Assembly (NCBI GenBank): GCA_963699755.1
Contig: CAVOVB010000007.1
Span: forward strand, 192,001 to 256,000
Source: an uncultured delta proteobacterium
GTDB lineage: Bacteria; Myxococcota_A; Polyangia; Polyangiales; Houyiibacteriaceae
Reading direction: 5' to 3'
DNA length: 64,000 nt
Shown here: piece after piece, positions 1 to 9,565 of the stretch
Layout: each line of letters starts with the position of its first letter
Numbering within the stretch: position 1 is the first letter of the stretch
Notes under the pieces: model-generated
What the model was told of the DNA's origin: nothing
What the model saw: the letters and a program-made list of their open reading frames with translations, nothing else
Database searches by the model: none
Position numbers and translations under genes: made by a program

Positions 1-1
1 C

Positions 2-289
2 CATAGCCTGCGGGAGCTCGCCGATCTCGCTACAAGGATCACTGGCGTGAAAGGCCCCCGGCTCTCAGTGCCGGCGTCACTGGTCAGTGGTGTCGCTCGT
101 CTCGTCCTCAAACTCACCCCGAAGGACCGAGTTCCCCTCGTCACTCCGGACTCCATGCACGCACTCCAGTACTCTCCTAGCGTGTGCCACTACAAGGCGG
201 CAAAGGAGCTCGGTTTCGTCAGCCGTCCCCTCCAAGAGACCATCCGGGATACATACGAATGGTTCGACGAACATAACGGCGCCTTCTAG
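2..289 (+). CDS. C-terminal fragment of an NAD-dependent epimerase/dehydratase-family protein (5' truncated by window edge)
   Basis: Frame is open from base 2; ends ...KAAKELGFVSRPLQETIRDTYEWF, typical of extended-SDR C-termini. Confidence 0.7.
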   Translation, partial: HSLRELADLATRITGVKGPRLSVPASLVSGVARLVLKLTPKDRVPLVTPDSMHALQYSPSVCHYKAAKELGFVSRPLQETIRDTYEWFDEHNGAF

Positions 290-318
290 CCCCGCCCTAA
301 GTGAGCTAAGCTTCGGGG

Positions 319-1560
319 ATGGAAGACTCCGCGATTGTCTCTCGGATTGTGCACGAGTCTTACGAACGAGAGGCCCCTTTGATACCCAGCGGGCACTGGT
401 GGGAGCATCTCGACGACGATTTTGCCCGAACCTCAGAGAAGTTCGATCTCGCCCGCACCGATCGCTTCCAAATCGGTGCTGCGGCCGCGTTCGACCATGT
501 CGTGAGGGCCATCTTCGGCACGATGGTAGGCGCAACGGCCATTCCGTTCGGCTTCAATCCGATGGAGCTTCGCCGATCCATGCGAGACGCGCGCTTGTAT
601 GCCGAGATGGCGGAGTCGGGCGATCGTGGCCGCTTCTTTCGTGATCCCCCGGCGGGCGTACGCGTTCGCGCCGAGAGAGGGCGCTGGTTTCCGCGTTTCG
701 AACCGGATGACGGTGTGTGCGAGGTGCTGCGCTTCGACAGCCCGTTTCAGCCGGTTCATCCGAACCAACACCGGCCCTATCTGCGGCACGACCGAAACCG
801 TGTCGCCTTCGCGCGGATGACTCGGCACCGGAACGGGCCGAGACCGACCATCGTTGCGATTCATGGATTCACAGCAGAAGGCTACTTGATCAACGAGTGG
901 TTCTTCGCGCTCCCTTGGTTCTATCGCATGGGCTGTGACATTGCCTTGTTTACTCTTCCTTTTCACGGTCCTCGCCAGACGCGCTTCTCGCCGTTTTCGG
1001 GACACGGTTTTTTCGCCGGCGGCACCTCTCGATTCAACGAAGCGGTCGCGCAGTCCGTATTCGACTTCAGGATCCTCCTCAACTGGCTTCAGCGTGAACG
1101 AGGCGTCCAACAAGTTGGCGTGACCGGCCTGAGTCTCGGGGGCTTCATTTCCTCGATGCTCGCCAGCGTCGAGCCCAAATTGGCATTCGCGCTGCCCAAC
1201 GTGCCGATCATCAGCGTGGCGGACTTGGTTCTAGAGTGGCAGCCACTTGGTGCGTTGATGCGAACCGCGCTCTCGGTCTCAGGCTTGAGCTCCGCCGACG
1301 CGCGCCGTCTCCTCGCGGTGAGCTGCCCCCTCACCTATCCCGCGGTGCTGCCGCGCGAGCGACTGATGATCGTCGGCGGCGCAGGCGACCGGCTAGCTCC
1401 TCCGAAGCATTCCAGGCTGCTCTGGGATCATTGGCAGCGCTGCCGCATGCATTGGTTTCCCGGGAGCCACAGCATCCACCTCGACCGCGGCGCATATTTG
1501 ACGGAGATGGCTCGTTTCATGATGGGCATCGGGTTCTTGGACCCGGGGAGCAAGCCGTGA
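319..1560 (+). CDS. alpha/beta-hydrolase fold protein
   Basis: IHG oxyanion-like motif, GLSLG nucleophile elbow, GDRL Asp, GSH His; overlaps next gene by GTGA. Confidence 0.85.
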   Translation: MEDSAIVSRIVHESYEREAPLIPSGHWWEHLDDDFARTSEKFDLARTDRFQIGAAAAFDHVVRAIFGTMVGATAIPFGFNPMELRRSMRDARLYAEMAESGDRGRFFRDPPAGVRVRAERGRWFPRFEPDDGVCEVLRFDSPFQPVHPNQHRPYLRHDRNRVAFARMTRHRNGPRPTIVAIHGFTAEGYLINEWFFALPWFYRMGCDIALFTLPFHGPRQTRFSPFSGHGFFAGGTSRFNEAVAQSVFDFRILLNWLQRERGVQQVGVTGLSLGGFISSMLASVEPKLAFALPNVPIISVADLVLEWQPLGALMRTALSVSGLSSADARRLLAVSCPLTYPAVLPRERLMIVGGAGDRLAPPKHSRLLWDHWQRCRMHWFPGSHSIHLDRGAYLTEMARFMMGIGFLDPGSKP

Positions 1561-2990
1561 TCCCGGTCTCGACGCTCGACGCGGCGATGCTCTACGCCGA
1601 AACGCCCGAGATGCCCATGCACACGATGGGGATCTTGATTCTCGAGCCAGAGGATTCGCAGGGCGCGGACGGCCCCGAAGCTTCGGCGTTCAATTTGACT
1701 CGTCAGCGGTTTGCCGAGCGAATCCATCTCATTCCGCCGTTTAGGCGACGAATCGTTCAAGGGCCGTTGCAGATCGGTGACCCTCACTGGATCGAAGACC
1801 CGGCTTTCGATCTCGACAAGCACCTCCTGCACGTTTCCCTCCCCTCTCCGGGGGGGATGCGAGAGCTTTGCGACTTCGTTGGGAGCTTCGCCGGAGCCCG
1901 TCTCGAGCGCGACAGGCCGCTTTGGAAGGCCGTGCTCGTGGATGGCTTGGAGGGGGGGAAGCTGGCGCTGGTGATGAAGATCCACCACGCCGCGATGGAT
2001 GGTGGCCGGAGTGCGGCCATCGCGGGCGAGCTCATGGACACCAGCCCGGAGGGTCGGCTCATCGCTCCCCCTGAGGAGTCCTGGCTACCCGATAGAGAGC
2101 CGACGATCCCCTGGCTAGCGGCCGACACGCTTCGGACCCTGGCGGGCAAACCGCGGCGCGCGGTCGAGGCGGCGACGAAAATAGTAGAGGCAGTCCGAGG
2201 CAAAGGGAGCTCGCAAACTGCCCCATTCGCCGATCGCGAAGCGACAGCGAAGCCGCCCCTCTTCGAAGCACCGCCGACGATGTTCAACGGTGCCCTGACG
2301 CCGAATCGCTCGGTCGCGTTCGCCGATGTCTCGTTCGACGATGTGAAGGCGATCAAGAGCGCCTTCGGAACGACCGTGAACGATGTGGTTCTGGCCGGCT
2401 GTTGCGCAGCGCTCCGACCTTGGCTTGGCGCCCACGGCGGCCTTCCCGATCGCCCCCTCGTCGCGACGGTGCCAGTGTCGGTTCGGCGCGACGGCGAGCA
2501 GGCCGGCAATCGCGTTTCAGTGATCCGAGTGCACCTCCCGATCCAACTCGACGACCCGGTCGAGCGCCTGATCGCCATCAACGAAGAGACATCGCGGCAA
2601 AAGAGGCGCCACAGCAGTGGAGGCGGCGGAGACATCCTCAAGAACTTCACCGACCTGGTGAACAACATCACTGTCCCTTGGATCGCAACCCATTTCATCG
2701 GCTTCTTTTCGTCGCGGCACCTGGCCGACCGGCTTCCGCCCCTATGGAACCTGATCATTTCGAACATCGCGGGCCCGCCGGTTCCCCTCTACACGGCGGG
2801 CACCAGGCTCACCCACCTGTTCCCGCTCGGCCCGGTACAGCAAGGCTCGGGGCTCAACATCACGGTCATGAGCGTTGTGGACCGTCTCTGTTTCGGTGCA
2901 CTGGCCTGCACCGAGCTCGTCCCCGACCTGCAGGATATCGCCACCGGTTTCGTAGGGGAGATCGAGCTCCTCAAGGAGCGAACCAAGTAG
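1557..2990 (+). CDS. wax ester synthase/diacylglycerol acyltransferase (WS/DGAT)
   Basis: HHAAMDG catalytic motif, RPLW, TVNDVVLA, NLIISNIAGP; GTG start overlaps upstream stop. Confidence 0.92.
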   Translation: MIPVSTLDAAMLYAETPEMPMHTMGILILEPEDSQGADGPEASAFNLTRQRFAERIHLIPPFRRRIVQGPLQIGDPHWIEDPAFDLDKHLLHVSLPSPGGMRELCDFVGSFAGARLERDRPLWKAVLVDGLEGGKLALVMKIHHAAMDGGRSAAIAGELMDTSPEGRLIAPPEESWLPDREPTIPWLAADTLRTLAGKPRRAVEAATKIVEAVRGKGSSQTAPFADREATAKPPLFEAPPTMFNGALTPNRSVAFADVSFDDVKAIKSAFGTTVNDVVLAGCCAALRPWLGAHGGLPDRPLVATVPVSVRRDGEQAGNRVSVIRVHLPIQLDDPVERLIAINEETSRQKRRHSSGGGGDILKNFTDLVNNITVPWIATHFIGFFSSRHLADRLPPLWNLIISNIAGPPVPLYTAGTRLTHLFPLGPVQQGSGLNITVMSVVDRLCFGALACTELVPDLQDIATGFVGEIELLKERTK

Positions 2991-3029
2991 CGCTGGGCTG
3001 CGTGGGCGCTGGATCGCGTTCTAACGCGA

Positions 3030-4706
3030 TCACCAGGACGGCCGCCAAGTCAGATTCGAGCCGAGGACCAAGACGCTCACGTCTTCGCCGAAGATTCCGT
3101 CGACGCGAACCCCGAGATCGAGGTCGTGCCCGAGTGCGAAATACAAGAGGCCGCCGGCCGAATGCTGCAGCCAACTCGTGGGGGACGCGACATACTGGTT
3201 GATCGACACCCGGTAGTAGGCGGAAATCTCACCGACACGCCGAATGTCTACCCCTGCTCCAAGACGCGCGGCGTAGTCCGATACGAACGAGCGCGCGTAG
3301 GCCGCGACCGAAAGGTCCGCCCAAGCGATATCTGCGATACGCAAGATGCGGGCCTGCAGGTAGCCAGAGAGTTGCTCGAATTCATCGGCAGTCTGGCTGT
3401 GCACGATGTTTGCGCCAGCATGGAGGGCGAAACGTGAAAACATGAAGCTTGCATCCAAGCCACCGAAATATCGCTGGTCATTGCTGTTGAGGCAGACCAA
3501 CTCGTCTCCGCCGCCAGCGGCCGGGTCCGGAACGGTGTTGCACAAGTAACCCAACGGCAGATACGAAGTGAGCCAGAGCGAACGTTCCGGTAACCGCATG
3601 TCGAAGCGGCCGGCGAGCTGAAAGAGGCCGACACGAATCGATGCGTCGAAGCCTGCTGCGCTCACTTCGAAGCGCGGCGCCCGCCAAGGATTGACCTCGT
3701 CGTGCATCGAGAGCTCGAAGTGCCCTCCGATCTGGCCATTTCCGGGAAACACGTCGAACTCCAGATTGAGGCGTCGCTCGTCGATTTCGCCCATGAACGT
3801 CGAAGCGTGTGCGGACAGGCCCACGAAAGGCTGGGCATCGAGCGATTCGTTTTGGTATGCGAGCTCCACCCCAAATCGCGTCGTATCCAGGGTCGGCAGA
3901 TAGTCGAGCGGGTTTGGCACCGTGCCGCCAAAGGCGCCGATCGTGAAGCCCTTCCAAGAAGGGGAGCGCACACGAAGCCCATCGAGCTGCCCGACACCGA
4001 CCGCAACGAAAGGCAGCCTGCCCAGCCCAAGCTGAGGGCTGGTCGACGTGCCGTAGCCGAATTGCAGCTCCCGGACCGCGAGCACTGGCCGGGAGGAGCT
4101 GCCCGGGCGATTTCCGATGTTGCCTCCGAACCAGGACCGCACGGCAATGTCTACGTCGAAGAACACAGGCTGCTCGAAAGGCTCGGCGTGGAGCCTTGCG
4201 CGTAGCGATGCACGGCCGAAGGACTCCCCGTCGCGCAACGCAAGAGTCCCACCTACGTCTGTCGAAAGGGCGAGATCGATTCGCTCCCCATCGGACCAGG
4301 TACCCAGAGGCACGTACTCCGGCGTCTGCCGCGTCGCGGGACGCACCGGCTCTGGCCATTGGCTCTCGTACGCGGTTAGAGGCTTGGGTTTGGTCAGTGA
4401 TGAGCTAACGGTCCGTTTGACCTTGGCCTCTGCCCGGCCGGTCATCCCGACTCGCAGCTCGCGTCCTTTCATCTCGATGACCGCGTGCTTGCCTGTCACC
4501 CCAACGACTCGGTAGCGACGATCACGAAGAACCACGACGGACCCTACTCCGACCCCCGCTGCTTCGCCTGGCGTCAGATAGGCGCGTCCGCCCGCAATGT
4601 CGACGACTTTGACGCTGACTCGGCTTCCAGATGCGGCGTTGGCCGCAGTCGTCGCGGCGAAGAGGGCCGTGCACGCAAGCAGCGCTGCGAACCAAGTCGG
4701 CCTCAT
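3030..4706 (-). CDS. putative outer-membrane beta-barrel (porin-like) protein of the multiheme cluster
   Basis: Signal peptide MRPTWFAALLACTALFAATTAANA; many amphipathic beta-strands; terminal aromatic residue (LTWRPSW); ATGA-coupled to decaheme gene. Confidence 0.7.
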   Translation of the reverse strand: MRPTWFAALLACTALFAATTAANAASGSRVSVKVVDIAGGRAYLTPGEAAGVGVGSVVVLRDRRYRVVGVTGKHAVIEMKGRELRVGMTGRAEAKVKRTVSSSLTKPKPLTAYESQWPEPVRPATRQTPEYVPLGTWSDGERIDLALSTDVGGTLALRDGESFGRASLRARLHAEPFEQPVFFDVDIAVRSWFGGNIGNRPGSSSRPVLAVRELQFGYGTSTSPQLGLGRLPFVAVGVGQLDGLRVRSPSWKGFTIGAFGGTVPNPLDYLPTLDTTRFGVELAYQNESLDAQPFVGLSAHASTFMGEIDERRLNLEFDVFPGNGQIGGHFELSMHDEVNPWRAPRFEVSAAGFDASIRVGLFQLAGRFDMRLPERSLWLTSYLPLGYLCNTVPDPAAGGGDELVCLNSNDQRYFGGLDASFMFSRFALHAGANIVHSQTADEFEQLSGYLQARILRIADIAWADLSVAAYARSFVSDYAARLGAGVDIRRVGEISAYYRVSINQYVASPTSWLQHSAGGLLYFALGHDLDLGVRVDGIFGEDVSVLVLGSNLTWRPSW

Positions 4707-5632
4707 CGTGCGGTCCCTCCTGGGTGGCACCCCAAGCACGAGGCACCACTGCTCGAAACGCGCCGTCCATGCTGCTGCTGGAGCTTGACGGCGTTGTGCG
4801 CATGGCAACCCGTGCAGCGGACCAGCCGAGGCGTTCGCGCTGAGGTGTGGCAGCTATTGCACGGCGCCCCGCGGTGCGGGCCGTGCGAAACCGGAAAATA
4901 TCGGTCGTGATCGGGAGGGACGACCATGCCTCCGATGCCTGCTCTGACGGAGCTCGTCGACGCGGCGGTGAGTGACGTGGGGTCGATGAACGCAGGGCTC
5001 CAGGCGCTCGCAAGATGGCACTGAGAGCAATCTCGCGAAAACGGGTCGGAGGTGGCGGTTCCGCGGTGACTCGGATGGACGCTTGGATCGAGGTACTCGG
5101 CAGCGTGACAGGAGAAGCAGTCGCTTTGAACCGTCGTCCACTGCCGTTCTCCGTTTCGCAGATGGCATTCGGTGCAGTCGGCCAGCGCGTGCATGCCCGT
5201 CAAGGGGAAGCGTGTTCGGCGATGGATCTCGAACGGCTCCATGTCGTTCCAGCGTCTCGAGGAGTGGCAGCTGTCGCATCGACCGCTCAGGCGTTTCTGG
5301 TGTGGATTTTCGTGGCACGCTCCGCACTCCCTCGTAACTCGCCGCTCGCCGCTGTGACACTGATTGCAGGCAGCCGGCTCATGTCTCCCTGTGAGCGGGA
5401 AACCCGTGCGGGAATGGTCGAAGCCTTCGCCTGATTTGCCCCCCATCATCTTCCAGCTCGCCGGCGTGTGGCAGTTGCCGCAATCAAGCCCCTCGGTGAT
5501 CGAGTTGTGGCTGGCAGCCCTGGCTTGGGCCGCGTTCCGTTCGGGGTCTTTGGCGATCGCGAGCCCGGCAATGCCGGCGAGAGCGACGATGCCCAAAACG
5601 ATGAATAGCCTAATCAACAGGGCGCGGTTCAT
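4703..5632 (-). CDS. decaheme cytochrome c
   Basis: 10 CxxCH motifs counted; N-terminal hydrophobic signal; FPLTGxH repeats. Confidence 0.92.
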   Translation of the reverse strand: MNRALLIRLFIVLGIVALAGIAGLAIAKDPERNAAQARAASHNSITEGLDCGNCHTPASWKMMGGKSGEGFDHSRTGFPLTGRHEPAACNQCHSGERRVTRECGACHENPHQKRLSGRCDSCHSSRRWNDMEPFEIHRRTRFPLTGMHALADCTECHLRNGERQWTTVQSDCFSCHAAEYLDPSVHPSHRGTATSDPFSRDCSQCHLASAWSPAFIDPTSLTAASTSSVRAGIGGMVVPPDHDRYFPVSHGPHRGAPCNSCHTSARTPRLVRCTGCHAHNAVKLQQQHGRRVSSSGASCLGCHPGGTAR

Positions 5633-7266
5633 CGCTGCCCCTTTCTGCGCGCGTGCGGGTTGCCATGACAATCGGCGCACTCGCGATACCCGAGCCTGTA
5701 TCTCACCACTTGCACCCCGCTTCGTAGGCGCTCCTTTTGGTGACACCCGACGCACTTGAGCCCGGCGTGAGCGCCTTCGAGCGGATAGTCGGCGAGCTCC
5801 TCGTGGGCGAACGCCTCGATCTCGAAAGCATCCGTTATGTGGCACACCTCACACTCGCGCTTGGGCTCGCTGAGCCGAAACTGTCCGGCGTGAGTGTCCT
5901 GGTGACAACCGGCACAGTCGCGCGGCGCTCCACGGTAGGTCGCCCCCCGTCCGCTGAGCCGGTCCGCTTTCGAGGGGCTATGGCAGCTGTCACAGGCCGC
6001 TTCGGAGTGCGCGCCGGTCAGCGGCCAGGTGCTGTGGTCGATTTTGGGTGAGTCCCAGCCGCGCTCGGAGTGGCAATGCGCGCAGCCCCCATCGCTCATT
6101 TCGCTGGCGAACTGGTCGCCGTGGGGGTTGTCGTGGCAATCGATACAACGCTGCGATTTCAGCTCGAGCCGGTAGTGAGGTCGTTTCCCTTGGTGACAGC
6201 CCGTGCAAGGGACCGACTGATGCTTGCCATCGAGAGGGAACTTGGTCCGGCTGTGCTGCTCGACACCAAACGAAGTCGGCCAGAACCCGTGTTCGTCGTG
6301 GCAGGACTTGCAGTCGGCGCTTCCAAGGCTCCCGCGGTGCACATCTTTGTGGCAGTCCCCGCATTGATCGAACTCGAGACGGCGATATCGGCGCTCCATC
6401 GGCAGCTTGGGCGAATGGCAGCTAGTGCACGCGACGTCTTGATGCCGGCCTTCGAGGGGAAACGCAGTGAGAGGATGCGCGCGAAGCCCGATCCTGGTGG
6501 GCAGCCGCGTCCAGCGAATGCTGGCATGGCAGTTCTCGCATCGATCTCCGAATTTCGCTTCGTGAACCTGCGCATGGCAGGCTACGCACGCCGCGCCCGC
6601 GCTTGGGGCCGAGGTGTTGCCTTTGTCGTGACAGGCCTCGCACTTCGTTTTCGCATGCCCGCCGGCGAGGCTGAGACCAGGATGGTTGCTCCTGACGTTG
6701 GTGACCTGGCTCCAGTCGGTTTCGTTGTGGCACGACGTGCATTCAGCCCCCGCAAATCTGCCCTCGTGGGGATCCTCGTGGCAGGACACACAGTCGGTCT
6801 TCAGCCCGAGAAACGTCGCTTGACCGCGACGGTTGCGGCGATCGTGACAGTCCTCACATCGAACCGAGGCATGAGCCCCCTTGAGCGGCCAGCCCGATAG
6901 GCGATGATCGAAACGCGTCTGCCCACCGCCTGGCCACCGAACGAGCTTCGCATTCCTTCCGAGATGCTCGACGTGGCACTGGCCGCAGTCTTGTCCGCGA
7001 TACTCTCGTCCGTGGAGACCTGCCTGCTGGCGTATCCGTGCCCCCAAGTCGTCGTGGCAAGCCAGACAGGCATCGGTGTCGAGCCGCTGGCCGGTCGAGT
7101 GGCATTCACTGCAATTCGCATCGCCCTCGAGCTCGGCGTGTGCGCTCGTGAGCTTTCCGGGCGATAGGAACTGAGCGCCGGTCGGCCGAGGCACCAGCAC
7201 GCCAGCAATCGCAGCCGCGATCATCCACGCGCCCAAAAGCACCATAGCGGTCGTCCGCCCGCTCAT
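5629..7266 (-). CDS. 20-heme cytochrome c
   Basis: 20 CxxCH motifs counted; signal peptide; repeated triheme unit (W/F)PLxGxH-CxxCH-CxxCH-DxH-CxxCH. Confidence 0.92.
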   Translation of the reverse strand: MSGRTTAMVLLGAWMIAAAIAGVLVPRPTGAQFLSPGKLTSAHAELEGDANCSECHSTGQRLDTDACLACHDDLGARIRQQAGLHGREYRGQDCGQCHVEHLGRNAKLVRWPGGGQTRFDHRLSGWPLKGAHASVRCEDCHDRRNRRGQATFLGLKTDCVSCHEDPHEGRFAGAECTSCHNETDWSQVTNVRSNHPGLSLAGGHAKTKCEACHDKGNTSAPSAGAACVACHAQVHEAKFGDRCENCHASIRWTRLPTRIGLRAHPLTAFPLEGRHQDVACTSCHSPKLPMERRYRRLEFDQCGDCHKDVHRGSLGSADCKSCHDEHGFWPTSFGVEQHSRTKFPLDGKHQSVPCTGCHQGKRPHYRLELKSQRCIDCHDNPHGDQFASEMSDGGCAHCHSERGWDSPKIDHSTWPLTGAHSEAACDSCHSPSKADRLSGRGATYRGAPRDCAGCHQDTHAGQFRLSEPKRECEVCHITDAFEIEAFAHEELADYPLEGAHAGLKCVGCHQKERLRSGVQVVRYRLGYRECADCHGNPHARRKGQR

Positions 7267-8150
7267 TGGGAAAAGATCCATCGATAGCCGTAGATCCAAG
7301 CCACGGCGATGTGTACGGGAACGAGCAAAACGAGGATCAGCGCGAGCAACCGGTGGAAGCCTCGCCAGGACTGAAGCAGCGAGGAGGCTCCGACCGCGAC
7401 AACCTCGCGGGTTGCGTACTTGCGGACCACGCGCTTCGCCTTTCGAAAGCGTCTTCGTTCTTTGCGTCCGAGGACGTCAGCAACTGGGGCATCCTCGATC
7501 ACGAAGCTCACGATGAAGCCTCTTGAACGCGCATCCATCACCCACCTCGGAATGGCGGCGAGCTTGGCGAGCAGCCACTGATGCGCATCGACTTGGGTGA
7601 CCTTGTGGATCGCGAGCGCATGGTACACCCGGGCGCTGCACCCCGGAGCGAGCTCATCCAACGAGGCGAGCGCCTGCTCGAGCCGGGCTCGATCGGGACG
7701 CGGCGTCAATGCATAGAGATAGCGGCCTGCGATCCCGGTCGCCACCACGACGCCTAGACTGACCGCTGTGACCAGCGCGATCGGTGTCCGAAACTGGAAT
7801 GCGGAATGAAAGAGGATGAGGAGTGACCCGATCAGTCCGGTGAAGACGTGTAGGTTGAGCCAGGTGGCCATCGAGCCGAGCGACCAGCGCGCGAGCCTTC
7901 GCCGCGCGAGGTAGAGGAGGTTGGCGAGGATCAAGATCGTTCCGACGATGCCGTACCCGTGTCCGACCAGGCCGCCGGGCCGAAGCGCGTCGTAGTCGCC
8001 GTGCTCCACCCTCGCCTCGAGGTCGGACAGATAGAAGTCTTGACCGAGATCCCAGAGCACGTAGGCAAGAACGGAAATCGCCAACAACACCAGCAAGACG
8101 GCGCTTCGATCCGCGCGGCGCTTCTGCGCAGCTTTGGTTTTCCTCCCCAC
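7263..8150 (-). CDS. integral membrane protein, ferric-reductase/cytochrome b-like
   Basis: Several TM segments; two helices each with H-X13-H (HVFTGLIGSLLILFH, HRLLALILVLLVPVH), consistent with two b-type hemes. Confidence 0.75.
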   Translation of the reverse strand: MGRKTKAAQKRRADRSAVLLVLLAISVLAYVLWDLGQDFYLSDLEARVEHGDYDALRPGGLVGHGYGIVGTILILANLLYLARRRLARWSLGSMATWLNLHVFTGLIGSLLILFHSAFQFRTPIALVTAVSLGVVVATGIAGRYLYALTPRPDRARLEQALASLDELAPGCSARVYHALAIHKVTQVDAHQWLLAKLAAIPRWVMDARSRGFIVSFVIEDAPVADVLGRKERRRFRKAKRVVRKYATREVVAVGASSLLQSWRGFHRLLALILVLLVPVHIAVAWIYGYRWIFSQ

Positions 8151-8245
8151 AGCCCCCTACAGACGACGGGTCCCCACCCGTCCTGCATGTTAGAATCCCA
8201 GCGTAACAAAGGGGAGCCATTCGCACAAAAGGGCGAGCCGAAAAC

Positions 8246-9565
8246 ATGACCACTTGGATTGCACTTGGCTTCTTCGCTGCAGTTGCCCTCGGCTTGAACC
8301 TTTTTTGGAGACGAAACGAGCAGGTGCGCACCGAGACAGGTCGCCAAAAACTCGAGGAGCTGCGAGCCATGGGGGACCTCGTCCCCGCGAGCATTCATCC
8401 TGAGATCGATCCCATCCGCTGCATCGGTTCAGGGGCATGTGTCTATGCCTGCCCGGAGAAGAGCGTCCTCGCGGTGGTCAATGGCAGGGGCGTGCTGACC
8501 AACCCGCTCGGCTGCATCGGACACGGCGCCTGCGCCTCGGCCTGCCCAGTTCAGGCGATCTCGTTGGTGTTTGGCACTGAGAAGCGCGGGCTCGAGCTGC
8601 CCCAGCTGGATCCCGACTTTCAGACCAACCAGCCCGGCATCTACATCGTCGGCGAGCTCGGCGGAATGGGACTCATTCGTAACGCGGTCTCGCAGGGACG
8701 GCAGGCGGCTGACCACATCGTCGCGGGTCATCGCAGAGGAGCAGGCGAATCGCTCGATGCACTGATCGTCGGCGCCGGCCCGGCCGGGACGAGCGCGACG
8801 CTGCGCTTGATGGAAGCCGGGTTGCGGGTGCTCTTGCTCGAACGGGAAGCCTTTGGCGGCACGATTACACACTACCCGCGGGCGAAGGTCGTCATGACCG
8901 GATCGCTCGACTTCCCGATGTACGGGCGTGTGTCCAAGACAAAGATGAGCAAGGAGCAGCTCATGACGCTCTGGGAGGACATCCAGGAGAAGACCGGGCT
9001 GCAGGTCGCTGTGGGAGAGCTCGTCGAGAAGATCGAGCGCGGACCGGGACCGAACGACAGCTGGTTGGTCTCCTCCACCGGCGGTGTGTTCGGAGCGGCA
9101 AACGTCCTCTTGGCCCTCGGCCGTCGCGGCTCTCCGCGTAAGCTCGGGGTGCCCGGCGAGGAACGTTCGAAGGTCGCCTATCGAGTGATCGAGCCCGAGG
9201 TCTTTCGAGAGCAGCACGTATTGGTGGTCGGCGGCGGCAATGCGGCGGTCGAGTCGGCATTTGCCCTACTCGATGGCGGAAACTGCGCGTCGGTGACGAT
9301 CAGCTATCGCAAGAATGCTTTTGCGCGCTGCCGTGAGCCGAACCGCAAGCGCATCGAAGCGGAGGTCCAGGCCGGCCGGCTTACCGCGTTGATGGGCACC
9401 GAGGTCGAGGAGATCTTCGACGATCGAGTCACCCTCCGCAACGGGTCGGGACTGCCGATCTCGATCCAGAACGACGCGGTCGTGGTCCAGGTCGGTGGAA
9501 CGGCGCCGACCGACTTGCTTCAGGGCGTCGGGATCGAGATCGTCACCAAGTACGGAGAAGCCTAG
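8246..9565 (+). CDS. membrane-anchored ferredoxin-domain / NAD(P)-FAD pyridine nucleotide-disulfide-family oxidoreductase
   Basis: N-terminal TM helix; CIGSGACVYACP and CIGHGACASACP; GAGPAG and GGGNAA Rossmann motifs; GRRGSPRKLGVPGE. Confidence 0.88.
   Translation: MTTWIALGFFAAVALGLNLFWRRNEQVRTETGRQKLEELRAMGDLVPASIHPEIDPIRCIGSGACVYACPEKSVLAVVNGRGVLTNPLGCIGHGACASACPVQAISLVFGTEKRGLELPQLDPDFQTNQPGIYIVGELGGMGLIRNAVSQGRQAADHIVAGHRRGAGESLDALIVGAGPAGTSATLRLMEAGLRVLLLEREAFGGTITHYPRAKVVMTGSLDFPMYGRVSKTKMSKEQLMTLWEDIQEKTGLQVAVGELVEKIERGPGPNDSWLVSSTGGVFGAANVLLALGRRGSPRKLGVPGEERSKVAYRVIEPEVFREQHVLVVGGGNAAVESAFALLDGGNCASVTISYRKNAFARCREPNRKRIEAEVQAGRLTALMGTEVEEIFDDRVTLRNGSGLPISIQNDAVVVQVGGTAPTDLLQGVGIEIVTKYGEA

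Noticed and set aside
1236..1556. N-terminal extension of WS/DGAT in the ORF track
   Set aside because: Overlaps the hydrolase gene; family-like sequence begins at GTG 1557
3030..5632. Naming the decaheme/barrel pair mtrA/mtrB
   Set aside because: Heme count matches, but the FPLTGxH repeat pattern is not what I recognise as MtrA; orthology cannot be supported without a search
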